Positions 30,477-40,894 are shown, numbered from the stretch's first letter. The stretch is 64,000 nucleotides of DNA from an uncultured Candidatus Saccharibacteria bacterium (GCA_964638425.1 CAZWYM010000001.1:74441-138440); one strand, 5' to 3'. Numbers and translations are program-made. Notes: generated by a model from the letters alone, not told the origin.

Positions 30477-31826
30477 ATGGAAACACAAGTGATTAACAAT
30501 TTCGGTGTTAAGACGGAAGTACCGGCCACACCAGTTCGCTACGTCTTGTATGCGAGAAAAAGTACCGAAGATTCCAGCGAGAAACAAGCACTTTCAATCG
30601 ACTCTCAAGTCAAGGAAATGCTCGCAATTGCAGAGCGTGAGGGGTTAGACATAATTGATATACGGCGCGAAGCACACTCCGCAAAAGACTCCGGGCAACG
30701 ACCAGTCTTTAATGAGATTTTAAGAGATATAAAATCAGGAAGATACAACGGAGTGGCAACGTGGAGTCCGGATCGCCTAAGTCGTTGTGGGGGTGACTTA
30801 GGTTCACTTGTTGATCTTATGGATGAGAAACATTTAATTCAAATCAGGACATATGGACAGACATTCACCAATACTCCAAGTGAAAAGTTTTTACTGATGA
30901 TCCTGTGTAGCCAAGCTAAATTAGAAAATGACCAAAAAAGTATCAACGTGAAGCGAGGACTTAAGACCAGAGTAGAAATGGGATTGTGGCCTGCACCGGC
31001 ACCAACGGGGTATATCAAAGAGAAACGGATGGACAGAAAGTGCGAGACTTTGATAGATCCAGACAGAGGTCATATTATTAAGCAAGTATTTGATAAAGTC
31101 GCATACGAAAAATGGAGTGGTCGAAAAGTATATAACTGGCTAAAATTTGATTTGAACTTTAAAACAGCTGGAGGGAACAAAAATCTTTCGTTGAGCAATA
31201 TATTTGTAATACTTCAAAATCATTTCTATTACGGTGTATTTGAATATCCAAAAAAAAGTGGCAACTGGTACAAAGGAAAACATGAACCGCTTATATCAAA
31301 AGAACTCTTTGATGCAGTCCAGATGCAAGTAAAGAGTCAGTTTGTCCGATCTGAGAATAAAGAGTTTGCATTCACCAAGCTCATGACATGCGGACTCTGT
31401 GGTTCAGGTATCTGTGCTGATGAGAAGTTCAAGAAACAGAAAAATGGGAATGTGCATCGACACGTATATTACGGGTGCACCAAATCAAAAGACAAAAACT
31501 GCAGGTGTGGCTATATCAACGAAATTGATCTTCTCAAACAATTTGAAGAGCTGATGGATAAAATTGATATAGATGAGATAGGTATCAAACAAAAATTGAA
31601 AGAAGAAGTGGAACGATTCAAAAAGTTCCAGAGAGTACTACTAGGAAAACCAACTCAAGTGACCGTTGAGGAGGTTGATATACGAAATTATGCAAAATAT
31701 TTACTCAGGGAAGGTAAGGATGTAGAGAAGAGAGAATTGCTAGGATGCATAAATAATACAATATATTTAGCAAGTAAAATAATAACTCTACAGATGAGTA
31801 AAAATTGCTTTATTATTGAAGAATGA
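30477..31826 (+). CDS. large serine recombinase (resolvase/invertase catalytic domain + recombinase domain + zinc ribbon)
   Basis: YVLYARKSTEDSS...LSIDSQ catalytic region; ATWSPDRLSR; C-terminal CGLCGS...YYGC zinc ribbon. ORF opens at 30354; Met at 30477 chosen. Confidence 0.8.
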   Translation: METQVINNFGVKTEVPATPVRYVLYARKSTEDSSEKQALSIDSQVKEMLAIAEREGLDIIDIRREAHSAKDSGQRPVFNEILRDIKSGRYNGVATWSPDRLSRCGGDLGSLVDLMDEKHLIQIRTYGQTFTNTPSEKFLLMILCSQAKLENDQKSINVKRGLKTRVEMGLWPAPAPTGYIKEKRMDRKCETLIDPDRGHIIKQVFDKVAYEKWSGRKVYNWLKFDLNFKTAGGNKNLSLSNIFVILQNHFYYGVFEYPKKSGNWYKGKHEPLISKELFDAVQMQVKSQFVRSENKEFAFTKLMTCGLCGSGICADEKFKKQKNGNVHRHVYYGCTKSKDKNCRCGYINEIDLLKQFEELMDKIDIDEIGIKQKLKEEVERFKKFQRVLLGKPTQVTVEEVDIRNYAKYLLREGKDVEKRELLGCINNTIYLASKIITLQMSKNCFIIEE

Positions 31827-31861
31827 ACTCAATCAAAGCAAACATGTTGGAAATGATTGAC

Positions 31862-32359
31862 TCAATTATTTTTTTGCAAAATTGATAATCGGTCTGCGTA
31901 GTGTATTCGTACCAAACTCACCACATACGATGCGAGTGTAACTGCACCTATCGCAATACCTACACTACCAACAACATCTATGCTGTGATGTACATTTGCC
32001 AGTACGCGAGAAATGCCAACGCCGACAGCAAGTATCGCAAGTACTACTCCAAGAACTTTATTCTCCGTGTACACGAGGGCAGAAATTGTGGCAACCAGGA
32101 GCGTGTGCTCCGATGGAAAACCATTGTCGGGTATATGAGCAATGAGGGGTTGTATATTTTCAACCACAAAAGGACGAGGGTTGGAAATGAATAAACTAGC
32201 AAGTCGTCCCAGTAGAAAGGCTATAGGGAGTGCCACAATCACTCTTCCTACAAAGATAATTCTTCTCTGCGTAGGTAGTATCAGAAGAAATACAATTCCC
32301 GTCAGCACAATGCCTACGTGTAGTTTGGTTGCGAAGAAAACAGTGATTGCATCCATCAT
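31862..32359 (-). CDS. PAP2 family phosphatase (undecaprenyl-diphosphatase-like)
   Basis: PAP2 motifs PSEH and SRVLANVHHSIDV. Confidence 0.7.
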   Translation of the reverse strand: MMDAITVFFATKLHVGIVLTGIVFLLILPTQRRIIFVGRVIVALPIAFLLGRLASLFISNPRPFVVENIQPLIAHIPDNGFPSEHTLLVATISALVYTENKVLGVVLAILAVGVGISRVLANVHHSIDVVGSVGIAIGAVTLASYVVSLVRIHYADRLSILQKNN

Positions 32360-32360
32360 A

Positions 32361-34289
32361 TTATTTGGTCGAAAATAGTCTCAAACTATTGAGAATAACA
32401 ATAAGTGCCATTCCTGAATCTGCTGCAATGGCAACGACAAGATTCGACATACCGAAAATTACTAGTATGAGAAATACGACTTTCACACCCAGAGCGAGAG
32501 CGATATTTGCTCGAATGACAGACATGGTCTTTCGTGCAAGCCGTATTGCATATGGAATGGTTTCCAAGTTTCCTGAAAGGAGAGCAATATCAGCAGTCTC
32601 TATTGCGACATCAGTACCCCCTGCACCAATTGCAAAGCCCACATCAGAAAGTGCGAGTGCCGGTGCGTCATTAATGCCATCGCCCACCATTGCAATGGTC
32701 CCGTATGTCTGTTTTTGTGTTTGCACAACTTCCACCTTTTCCTCAGGTGAAAGAGACGCGTGAATATCCGTAATACCAACGGTCTTTGCCACAGCTGTAG
32801 CACTGTGCACGTTGTCTCCCGTAAGCATAGAACTCTGCACCCCGAGACGCGTGAGTGATGCGATTACACTTTGTGCTTCCTCACGCACAACGTCAGAGAT
32901 ACCAATGGCACCAATGACCTGTTTTCCTTCTGCAACGAGGACGACCGTCTTACCCTCTTTTTCTAGACGTTCTACGTCTTGCATGAATACACCGTCTTCA
33001 ATCCCATACTCACGCATCATTTTTGTGTTGCCTATGTAGTTGTGAGCATCACATATCGAACACTCTGCATGCCCGCCCTTACCAGCGACATTTTCATACG
33101 TATGCATAACGTGTGGAATAATGTTCTGTTCTTTTGCATACGTGAGAATAGATTCTGCGAGAGGATGTGACGAGAATTGTTCAATTCCTGCTGCATCAGC
33201 AATTACATCGTCCTTACTATGATCGCCGAATGTTACGACATCAGTGACACGGTGGCGACCGAAGGTAAGGGTGCGTGTTTTATCGAATGCGATACTTTTT
33301 AGTTTTGCGAGCTTCTCAAGATACACACCACCCTTTACGAGTACTCCATGTCGCGATGCTCCTCCTATTGCTGATGCAATAGCGACAGGTGTGGAAATCA
33401 CGAGTGCGCACGGACAGGCGATTACCAAGAGCACCAATGCGCGATACAGCCATGTATCAAATGATTGACCAAAGAGAAATACTGGCACTGTTGCAACGAG
33501 CATTGAAAGAACGACGACCGCTGGCGTGTAGTACCGAGCAAACGAGTCGATGAACGCTTCGGTGGGTGCTCTTGAAGCTTGCGCTTCTTTCACCAATGCG
33601 ATAATTCGAGCAAACATGGAATCATCGCTTCTCTTCACAACCATGACCTCGAGATATCCTTGGATGTTCATTGTTCCTGCAAAGACGGTATCTTTCACCT
33701 GTACCTCAACAGGAGCAGATTCACCGGTGACCGCTGACGTATCAATGGAGGATGACCCTTTCGCCACAGTTCCATCAAGCGGTATCTGCACTCCGGGTCG
33801 GACGACAACAATTGAACCTACGGTGACGCTCTCAACAGGAACAATAGTTCCATCAAGAAGCTCTGCTGTTTTTGGTGAACGTTCTATGAGCGCAGCAACG
33901 GCACGCTTCGATCGCTCAATGCCAAAAGACTCAAACAACTCAGAAAGTGAAAATAGAAATATGACTGCGGCTGCCTCACCATATTCACCAATATACAAAG
34001 CGCCAATCGAAGCGATGACAACGAGAAAACTAATATTAAGAAATCGCTGTTTCAGGAGTCCTCGCACTGCACTACGAACTACAAACACTGACCCTACCAG
34101 TATCGATAGAATATAGAACACCGTGCTCCATCCTTGGGAAAGTGAAAACGAGCTCAAAAAACCAACTGCCAGCAGGAGACCAGCAATGGGTGTAAGTGTC
34201 TTGAGTATCTGCGTAGAGGAAAAGAAGTTAGTCTGGTGAGATGATTCGTCATGTTCACAATGGTCGCATCGTGTATGTTCGTGTGCCAT
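32361..34289 (-). CDS. heavy-metal (Cu/Zn-type) P1B-type ATPase
   Basis: His-rich N-terminus, TM CPC motif (ACPCALVISTP), phosphorylation loop FDKTRTLT, hinge VGDGINDAPAL. Confidence 0.9.
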   Translation of the reverse strand: MAHEHTRCDHCEHDESSHQTNFFSSTQILKTLTPIAGLLLAVGFLSSFSLSQGWSTVFYILSILVGSVFVVRSAVRGLLKQRFLNISFLVVIASIGALYIGEYGEAAAVIFLFSLSELFESFGIERSKRAVAALIERSPKTAELLDGTIVPVESVTVGSIVVVRPGVQIPLDGTVAKGSSSIDTSAVTGESAPVEVQVKDTVFAGTMNIQGYLEVMVVKRSDDSMFARIIALVKEAQASRAPTEAFIDSFARYYTPAVVVLSMLVATVPVFLFGQSFDTWLYRALVLLVIACPCALVISTPVAIASAIGGASRHGVLVKGGVYLEKLAKLKSIAFDKTRTLTFGRHRVTDVVTFGDHSKDDVIADAAGIEQFSSHPLAESILTYAKEQNIIPHVMHTYENVAGKGGHAECSICDAHNYIGNTKMMREYGIEDGVFMQDVERLEKEGKTVVLVAEGKQVIGAIGISDVVREEAQSVIASLTRLGVQSSMLTGDNVHSATAVAKTVGITDIHASLSPEEKVEVVQTQKQTYGTIAMVGDGINDAPALALSDVGFAIGAGGTDVAIETADIALLSGNLETIPYAIRLARKTMSVIRANIALALGVKVVFLILVIFGMSNLVVAIAADSGMALIVILNSLRLFSTK

Positions 34290-34297
34290 ATAAATGT

Positions 34298-35110
34298 TTA
34301 ATTATTATGTGTGTAAATTCTTTGATCGGTACTGAGTCTTTTTTGAAATTCTCGCAAAATAAAGAGACTTACGTCATCCATCGTAGTATGCCCACCACGA
34401 AACGGTTTTTCAATGACTTGAATGAGTCGATAGATGTACATAAACAGGTAGGAAATGAAGCCGAGTAAAAATGCCGATTCGATGGAACCCTCTGTCTTCA
34501 GAAACAAGAGCAGACCGATGACACCAAATATCAATGTCGTTGCTAATGTATGTGCTGAGGGAAGAAACATTGTGCGTTGAATGTGGTACACACGCAACAC
34601 ATGTTTACGTAAGAGCGACTGCTCATTTTCAAGTCGTACAATGTAGTTGGCGGGCATACCCAGTGCCTCCATCTGAGAGAATTGGTTTGATAGCGCATTG
34701 ATAGAATCAACACATGGTTGTAAATCATGATGTCCTCCTTGATGTGATACCCCTGAAATAAAATCTTCAGTAATTCGCTGCAACACTTGTCGTGTACTTT
34801 CTAAGTCAAAAGTAGAATTTTTCTGCTTAAACACAAGTGCCTTTTCGTAGATACTCTCTAGTGTTGAGCGAAATTCAACTGGAAATTTATCTGCTTCCTT
34901 ATAATCTGCAATAATGCCCGAAAGAAGAAATCCTATGATAAATACCACACCACCAATAGCACTCGTGAAAAGTGCGTTGAGTGTGAAGATTTCCAATCCA
35001 AAGTAGTGAATGCCCGCTTTGACAAGAAGTAGTGCACTTACCCCGATTACGGTAAATACACTGACTGAGGAAATCAATGACGTGAGTGATTCTTTATTCT
35101 CGGTATACAT
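34298..35110 (-). CDS. hypothetical membrane protein (possibly bestrophin-like)
   Basis: Four TM helices with a cytosolic helical domain; assignment is weak. Confidence 0.35.
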   Translation of the reverse strand: MYTENKESLTSLISSVSVFTVIGVSALLLVKAGIHYFGLEIFTLNALFTSAIGGVVFIIGFLLSGIIADYKEADKFPVEFRSTLESIYEKALVFKQKNSTFDLESTRQVLQRITEDFISGVSHQGGHHDLQPCVDSINALSNQFSQMEALGMPANYIVRLENEQSLLRKHVLRVYHIQRTMFLPSAHTLATTLIFGVIGLLLFLKTEGSIESAFLLGFISYLFMYIYRLIQVIEKPFRGGHTTMDDVSLFILREFQKRLSTDQRIYTHNN

Positions 35111-35113
35111 ATA

Positions 35114-37264
35114 CTACTCTGAAAAATTATTCTCTTGTAATAGTTTTCTTAGTGTCCTTGAGTAGATTGTTACATCGTATTCATCTTTAAGTTTTGCAGA
35201 GAGGCCTAGAGCCAGATCCTCGTGCTTTTGGGCCATAATCGCCTCACGAATAAACTCCTTGGCCTGTTCAAAAGCAATGAGTTCTGGATTTGTGCGTTCG
35301 AGCACTTCGACAATATATAGGTAACCATTTGCCTCGAATGGTCGACTGATTTCCCCGACTGCGGTCGCCAATACTTCTGCGTGATATCCGTGTTCGGAGA
35401 ATTCGCCGAGCAATTCATTACTCTCAGACACCCATCCGTTCACTTCTCCTCCGTTCGTCTTCGTCTCCTCGTCTTCAGAATATTCGTTTACCACAGTGGC
35501 AAAATCGCTGGCTTCACCAAACGCACCGGGCACGAGTTTTTTATATGCCTCTTCTGCCTTATTCATTGCCTGAGTGTGTTCCTCTTCCGATTCGCCAGAA
35601 CGGATCGCAATCTGCCGCACGCGCGATTTCGGCGGGAGCATAAGTTGATCTTTCCTTTCATCGTAAAAGGCACGCAGTTCAGCGTCATCAACAGTGATTT
35701 TTTCGTCAACTTCTTCTTGCTCGAGCATCTGCGCGAGCACTTTGAGTTTCATTTCATCTATTTTTTCCTGCGACTTTGTTTGTGAGACTTTAGTAATACT
35801 GTCTTCATAAATGAGCATTCGTTCAATAATGCGTTCAACCAAATTTTGTTTCCCCTCAATGCCAGTGTATGTGGCTAGAAATGATGAAGGTAATTCTTGA
35901 TACTCACTCCAAAAATCACCGAGTGTTAACTGTTTGCCGTTTAGTGTCACGAGCACACGATCGGCATTGTCAGCATAATATTTCTCTTCAGTAGTTCGAT
36001 ATACTTGATCAAAGATTTCTGTCCATACTTCATCAAAGGCCCGTTGCCGTGGTGGGTTTTTCTTTGTCACTTGTGCAATAGTAAATCCGTCACTCGTTTC
36101 AAGCACATCACTTATCCTACCTACTTCAAGACTGAAGAGCGTTGACTCGTATGTAGTATCCTGTGACGATCCTCGCGCGATTGTATGCGGTTCCGACGTC
36201 AGACCATCCATCTGTTCTGTCATTGGTGGAAATCCTGCTCCAGAGCGGATTGCCGTTATGAGCGCGAGAGCACGCTCTCGCGCCTGTTCTTTGTTTGAAC
36301 CTAATGGGATATGAATCTCATTCACCTCAATCTGCTCTGGAATGTTAAAACTCTGTGCGTTCTCAGTGTAATATGCAAGTAACGAATCTTCAGTTGGTTG
36401 CGGAGCAGCGAGAATTCCCATATCTCTTGTGATAGATGCTCTTTGTTTCAGTGAAGCAATGTAATCTGCAACAAATGTATCCTCATTCGCATTTTTCAAA
36501 GTATCTTCTATTTCTTTTCTTACATCGGTGAGCGTTCGATCACCAAATGTCTCTTTATTTGCTTCATAGTATGCCTGTATATCGCCCTCACTGACGCCAA
36601 GTTGACCCTCGTGCATTTGCGTATGTAACTCATCAAGATTTATTTCCTCGGCAATATGTTGCATCGTGTGTGAAAATCCATCTCCTTGGTCTGGCTGTTG
36701 TGTTGCTTGCCCTTGCTGTACTAACGTATCACTTACCATGTCCTCGAGTATTGATGCATATCCGTTAGGTGTGCGTAGTCGCTCCTGCGCTGACTCATCA
36801 CTTACAAGTGTTTTGAGGTGCTCCTCAACATCTTCTATAGTAATTTGACCACCACTCCACGTCACGAGAACATTTGGTGCTGGTGGATACGGAGCGAAAA
36901 GAATGTCTTTGAAAAATACCGCGATTGCTAAAATCAGCACGAACGCTCCTATAACTATTTTTCTTTTCCAAAATGGGCGTTGCTGTGAGAACGGGGCGTC
37001 TTCAGTATCTGAAACATCTACGGATACGTCTGGTGTTGCTATATTGCTTGGTTCATTCGGTGTCTGGATACTATTTATTTGATTGGTAGATTCTGTACGT
37101 ATTTGACTATCATCAGACGACATATCTGACGACAAGGGACTCTTGTTGTCATCAGTAACGGAAGATACACCAAGTGCCACTCGCATATCAGCCCACACTT
37201 GTCGCCACGTATGGGAACGTGTCGGTACTGTTTCATTATTTTTGTATTCTTGATTGTCAGACAT
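35114..37264 (-). CDS. membrane-anchored peptidyl-prolyl isomerase/chaperone of PpiD/SurA type (two parvulin-like domains)
   Basis: N-terminal TM; two parvulin-like segments (…FTIAQVTKKN…, …GYLYIVEV…). Confidence 0.55.
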   Translation of the reverse strand: MSDNQEYKNNETVPTRSHTWRQVWADMRVALGVSSVTDDNKSPLSSDMSSDDSQIRTESTNQINSIQTPNEPSNIATPDVSVDVSDTEDAPFSQQRPFWKRKIVIGAFVLILAIAVFFKDILFAPYPPAPNVLVTWSGGQITIEDVEEHLKTLVSDESAQERLRTPNGYASILEDMVSDTLVQQGQATQQPDQGDGFSHTMQHIAEEINLDELHTQMHEGQLGVSEGDIQAYYEANKETFGDRTLTDVRKEIEDTLKNANEDTFVADYIASLKQRASITRDMGILAAPQPTEDSLLAYYTENAQSFNIPEQIEVNEIHIPLGSNKEQARERALALITAIRSGAGFPPMTEQMDGLTSEPHTIARGSSQDTTYESTLFSLEVGRISDVLETSDGFTIAQVTKKNPPRQRAFDEVWTEIFDQVYRTTEEKYYADNADRVLVTLNGKQLTLGDFWSEYQELPSSFLATYTGIEGKQNLVERIIERMLIYEDSITKVSQTKSQEKIDEMKLKVLAQMLEQEEVDEKITVDDAELRAFYDERKDQLMLPPKSRVRQIAIRSGESEEEHTQAMNKAEEAYKKLVPGAFGEASDFATVVNEYSEDEETKTNGGEVNGWVSESNELLGEFSEHGYHAEVLATAVGEISRPFEANGYLYIVEVLERTNPELIAFEQAKEFIREAIMAQKHEDLALGLSAKLKDEYDVTIYSRTLRKLLQENNFSE

Positions 37265-37269
37265 ACCTA

Positions 37270-38385
37270 TTAGGGATTATTGATCGACGGGAAGACAGAC
37301 GCATTTTCTCCGCCATCAAGGAGTTTTAGATTTACCTGATCTCCAGGCTCAACAACATACATCTTCACTCGGGGAATAACCTGCTCCATTCGCTCTAGGA
37401 ACAGACGATTTCTCGTAATACCCTCACCGTAGATGCGACTGTTTTGCTGATATTGTGCAAGCATCGTGTCAAATCCAGCACCTAGACCGCGAGCGTTGTT
37501 AATCTCCGCTTTTGCGGTACTTGTAGCCTCAGTCAGTAGTTTTTGTGCCTGCCCACGCGCTTCAGGCACAACACTATTTCTGTACCCCTCAGCCTCGTTC
37601 ATCGCTTTCCCTTTATCTTCGCGAGCGCTCGCCACATCTCGAAATGAATCGGCAACTTCTTCAGGAGGATATGCTTTTTGGAAGTTGACGTTTACGATGC
37701 GCACGCCACTTTTATATTCGTCGAGAAGTCGTTGTGCCTCTTGACCAAGTGCAAGTAGAACCTGCTGACGATCTGTCGTGAGTATGCCATCAACGGATGT
37801 CCGTGTGCTCACTGAAGTTACTGCGGCGCGTATGGTATCACGCACAATTTGATACGGTTCATACTCAAGTGTGAAAAGGTACAAAACCGGATCAATTATC
37901 TGATATTGAACAACAACTTCATAATCCAGAATGTTAGTGTCACCGCTCAGCACTTGGAGCGTTCCTGCTTTTCCTGCGTGTTCAGGGTGTTCTGGCTCGC
38001 CAGTTTGTAAGCCGACACTCTCACGGCGAATTTCTGAAGTGTTTACCACAAGCTCGCGTTCAAGTGGCCACGGGAGGCGATAGTGAAGTCCTGCCGTAAC
38101 TCGCGGGTTCACCACCTTGCCAAAGCGTGTCACCACAGCAACTTCACCTGATTTAATCATGTATATTCCAGATAGCAGGTATACAGCCAGAATCGCTAGC
38201 ACAAATAACGTAAAAGCACGTTGTGGGCGTATGTGTGAAAAAGCTGCACGCATATCTCTCATCGTGTCCGAATCGGAATGTATAATCTTCACCGTCACCG
38301 ACCAAAGATAGGTTGACATGTACAACACAGCAAAAATTATTCTGCGTATATATTTTGTACTGTTTCCTTCGTTATTATTTTCCAT
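37270..38385 (-). CDS. SPFH/band-7 protein, HflK-like
   Basis: SGEVAVVTRFGKV..., SGDTNILDYEVVVQY, ADSFRDVASAREDK. Confidence 0.7.
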   Translation of the reverse strand: MENNNEGNSTKYIRRIIFAVLYMSTYLWSVTVKIIHSDSDTMRDMRAAFSHIRPQRAFTLFVLAILAVYLLSGIYMIKSGEVAVVTRFGKVVNPRVTAGLHYRLPWPLERELVVNTSEIRRESVGLQTGEPEHPEHAGKAGTLQVLSGDTNILDYEVVVQYQIIDPVLYLFTLEYEPYQIVRDTIRAAVTSVSTRTSVDGILTTDRQQVLLALGQEAQRLLDEYKSGVRIVNVNFQKAYPPEEVADSFRDVASAREDKGKAMNEAEGYRNSVVPEARGQAQKLLTEATSTAKAEINNARGLGAGFDTMLAQYQQNSRIYGEGITRNRLFLERMEQVIPRVKMYVVEPGDQVNLKLLDGGENASVFPSINNP

Positions 38386-38398
38386 AGTATGTTACTAA

Positions 38399-39334
38399 TT
38401 ACGGATTGAGGTACTTAAGGAGTTCCGAATCGGAAGGAAGAATGAGTGTCGTACCAGGCGTGATAATCTTGTCATACGACTCAAGTGTACGTAGGAATTG
38501 ATAAAAGCCAGGATCTTTTCCAAATGCCTGCGCATATATACGAATGGCTTCCGCTTCACCTTCACCCTTTGTTTTACTTGCTTCTTCTTGTGCCTTAGAG
38601 AGCAATTGAGTTTTCTCCGCATCTGCCTCTGCACGAATTTTTGTCGCCTCTTCAGTTCCTTCGGCGCGAAGTTGGCGTGCAATTTGTTGCCGTTCAGCCC
38701 GCATTCGCTGGAAAACGCTTTGTCTGTTTGCCTCAGGGAAATTTATCTGCTTCAATCGCACGTCGGTCACACTGAAGCCGTATTCCTTGGTACGATCGTT
38801 CGTTTGCTTTGTCAGATTCTCAAGCATTTGCGAAAGTTGTATCTGGGATGGATCAGTTGAGACGAGGTTGGAAAGTTCGTATTGACTGAGTGCAATGCCC
38901 AGTTCAGAAATCATAATGTCCGAAAGACGCGAAGCTGCACCCTGATTATCTCGGACACTTCTGTAGAATTGCACAGGATCTTGAAGTTGCCATGTTGCAT
39001 ATGCTTCAACCAATACATTTTTCTTGTCTTTGGTAAGGAACTCCGATTCGCCAATCGTAAATATTTGTGTTCGCCGATCAAGACGAGTGACACTCTGAAT
39101 AGGATCAGGCAACTTGGCATATAAGCCTGGTGCGGTAATTGTCCTGACCGGATTTCCGAACTGCGTTACGATGGCATATTGAGTCGTATCAACTTGAAAC
39201 GCAACAAGAAAAGAGACGAGCAGGGTCATAAAAATTCCGAATATCAGAATGTTTCTGCCACGAGAATGTGAGCGATGCATGCGTGAGGGTTCTCCGGCGC
39301 CAGCTGTCATTGTCTGTGTAGTGTGTGTTAACAT
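38399..39334 (-). CDS. SPFH/band-7 protein, HflC-like
   Basis: QYAIVTQFGNPVRTITAPGLYAKLP... with a coiled-coil C-terminus. Confidence 0.7.
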   Translation of the reverse strand: MLTHTTQTMTAGAGEPSRMHRSHSRGRNILIFGIFMTLLVSFLVAFQVDTTQYAIVTQFGNPVRTITAPGLYAKLPDPIQSVTRLDRRTQIFTIGESEFLTKDKKNVLVEAYATWQLQDPVQFYRSVRDNQGAASRLSDIMISELGIALSQYELSNLVSTDPSQIQLSQMLENLTKQTNDRTKEYGFSVTDVRLKQINFPEANRQSVFQRMRAERQQIARQLRAEGTEEATKIRAEADAEKTQLLSKAQEEASKTKGEGEAEAIRIYAQAFGKDPGFYQFLRTLESYDKIITPGTTLILPSDSELLKYLNP

Positions 39335-39356
39335 AAAGGTATAATTTTAAAAGTTA

Positions 39357-40862
39357 TTAATTTTGATTGCCAATCCAGATATCAGTAGCGTTTGTCTGTA
39401 CTTGCGGATCAAGGATAAATTTTTTACTTTCTGGTAACACTTGTTCCAACATTTCAAGATAGAGACGAGTCCTCGTTACTGCAGGCGCAGTCTGGTAGGC
39501 AATGAGTTTACTGCTAAACTGCGTACTCTCCCCAGTCGCAATTCTGATTTTCCTCTCCTTCTCTGCCTTTGATTCGGTAACGAGCTTGGCAGATTCGCCA
39601 CGGGCGAGGGCAATGGTCTCATTTTTATACGCGAGTGCTTCGTTAATGTATGTACTTTTGTCCTCACGTGCACTTGCGACATCTCGAAATGCATCAGCAA
39701 TCTCCTCTGGAGGAGTAATCGTGACTAACTCAACACCAACCACATCTATACCAAATATGTCCTCGGCAATACGCTTGCGTACACGTTCTCGTGCGTCTGA
39801 GAGGATTAACCCTCTCCCATCAGTGAAAAGTTTGTCTGCTCCTTGTTCTGATACTACTTGCCGAAAAGACGTCTCAACCTCTTCCATTAAGAACTGATCA
39901 GGATTTGTGGCGGCAAAAAGATACTGCTTGATATCAGTGACACGGTACTGAACTGCAAGTGAAGCTTCAACAAGATTATTATCACCACTCAGCACAAGAA
40001 GTTGAGGAGTTTTCGCTGAAATCACCGCGCCAATATCGTGGAGTGTAATTTGATCAAATAGTGGTAGTCGCACATGAATGCCTGGTTGAACCACCTGTAT
40101 AACTTTCCCAAAGCGTTGGACGACCGCTTGCTGACCAAGTGGTATCGAGTAGATGCTGGCTGAAACAACAAACAGTACTGCGAGGAATCCTCCCAGTAAG
40201 GATACGTGCGTACCCTTGAGGTGATATTTCGGATGCAAGTATCGTTCGGGTTCCAAAACACGTTGCTGTTTGAAAGCTGCGAGCGCAGCAAGACCAATTT
40301 CCAAGCTTGATACGACGATAAGTACGACGACAACGGCTGCGGCGATACGATCAAGAGTAGGAAAACCAATCAATGCTGCAATAAGTCCAATAACAATAAG
40401 TGCTGAGGCGTAGAGATCCATCCGTGAGTGGTATCCACTTGCGATAAGACTCAGTGATTGCGTTGCCTGACCAACATATTCTTTATATCGAGCAGTGAAG
40501 TACGTTATGCCTATGGTAACAAAGGCTCCGAGAGTCACAGGCCAGATATTTGTGAGGTCTGGCAGCTCTCCAATCCCTGACACGTCCCTAAAAATATCAA
40601 ACGCTGTATACATCATGAATACGGACACCATAAGTGCAAGTCCATTTTCAACTATACCCACTCGTTGTTGTGTAGAGAAACTACGTCGTGACATAAATAA
40701 TCCCACAAGAACAACACCTGACACGAACACATCGCTCACCGAGTGCCATGCACTCGCTCGGAGCGCGAGACTTCCCGATACTGCACCGAGCAAAAATTTC
40801 ATGAGCACAAGGCTCAATTGTGCAACAATCGTTATGAGGATGGTTTTTTCTTTTCTATCCAT
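39357..40862 (-). CDS. fusion of a CDF-type cation-efflux membrane domain and an HflK-like SPFH domain
   Basis: N-terminal ~220 aa with CDF signature SLALRASAWHSVSD and 6 TM; C-terminal VVQRFGKV...ADAFRDVASAREDK. Confidence 0.6.
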   Translation of the reverse strand: MDRKEKTILITIVAQLSLVLMKFLLGAVSGSLALRASAWHSVSDVFVSGVVLVGLFMSRRSFSTQQRVGIVENGLALMVSVFMMYTAFDIFRDVSGIGELPDLTNIWPVTLGAFVTIGITYFTARYKEYVGQATQSLSLIASGYHSRMDLYASALIVIGLIAALIGFPTLDRIAAAVVVVLIVVSSLEIGLAALAAFKQQRVLEPERYLHPKYHLKGTHVSLLGGFLAVLFVVSASIYSIPLGQQAVVQRFGKVIQVVQPGIHVRLPLFDQITLHDIGAVISAKTPQLLVLSGDNNLVEASLAVQYRVTDIKQYLFAATNPDQFLMEEVETSFRQVVSEQGADKLFTDGRGLILSDARERVRKRIAEDIFGIDVVGVELVTITPPEEIADAFRDVASAREDKSTYINEALAYKNETIALARGESAKLVTESKAEKERKIRIATGESTQFSSKLIAYQTAPAVTRTRLYLEMLEQVLPESKKFILDPQVQTNATDIWIGNQN

Positions 40863-40894
40863 ACACGTTACATTAAATTAATAAAGGTACGATA

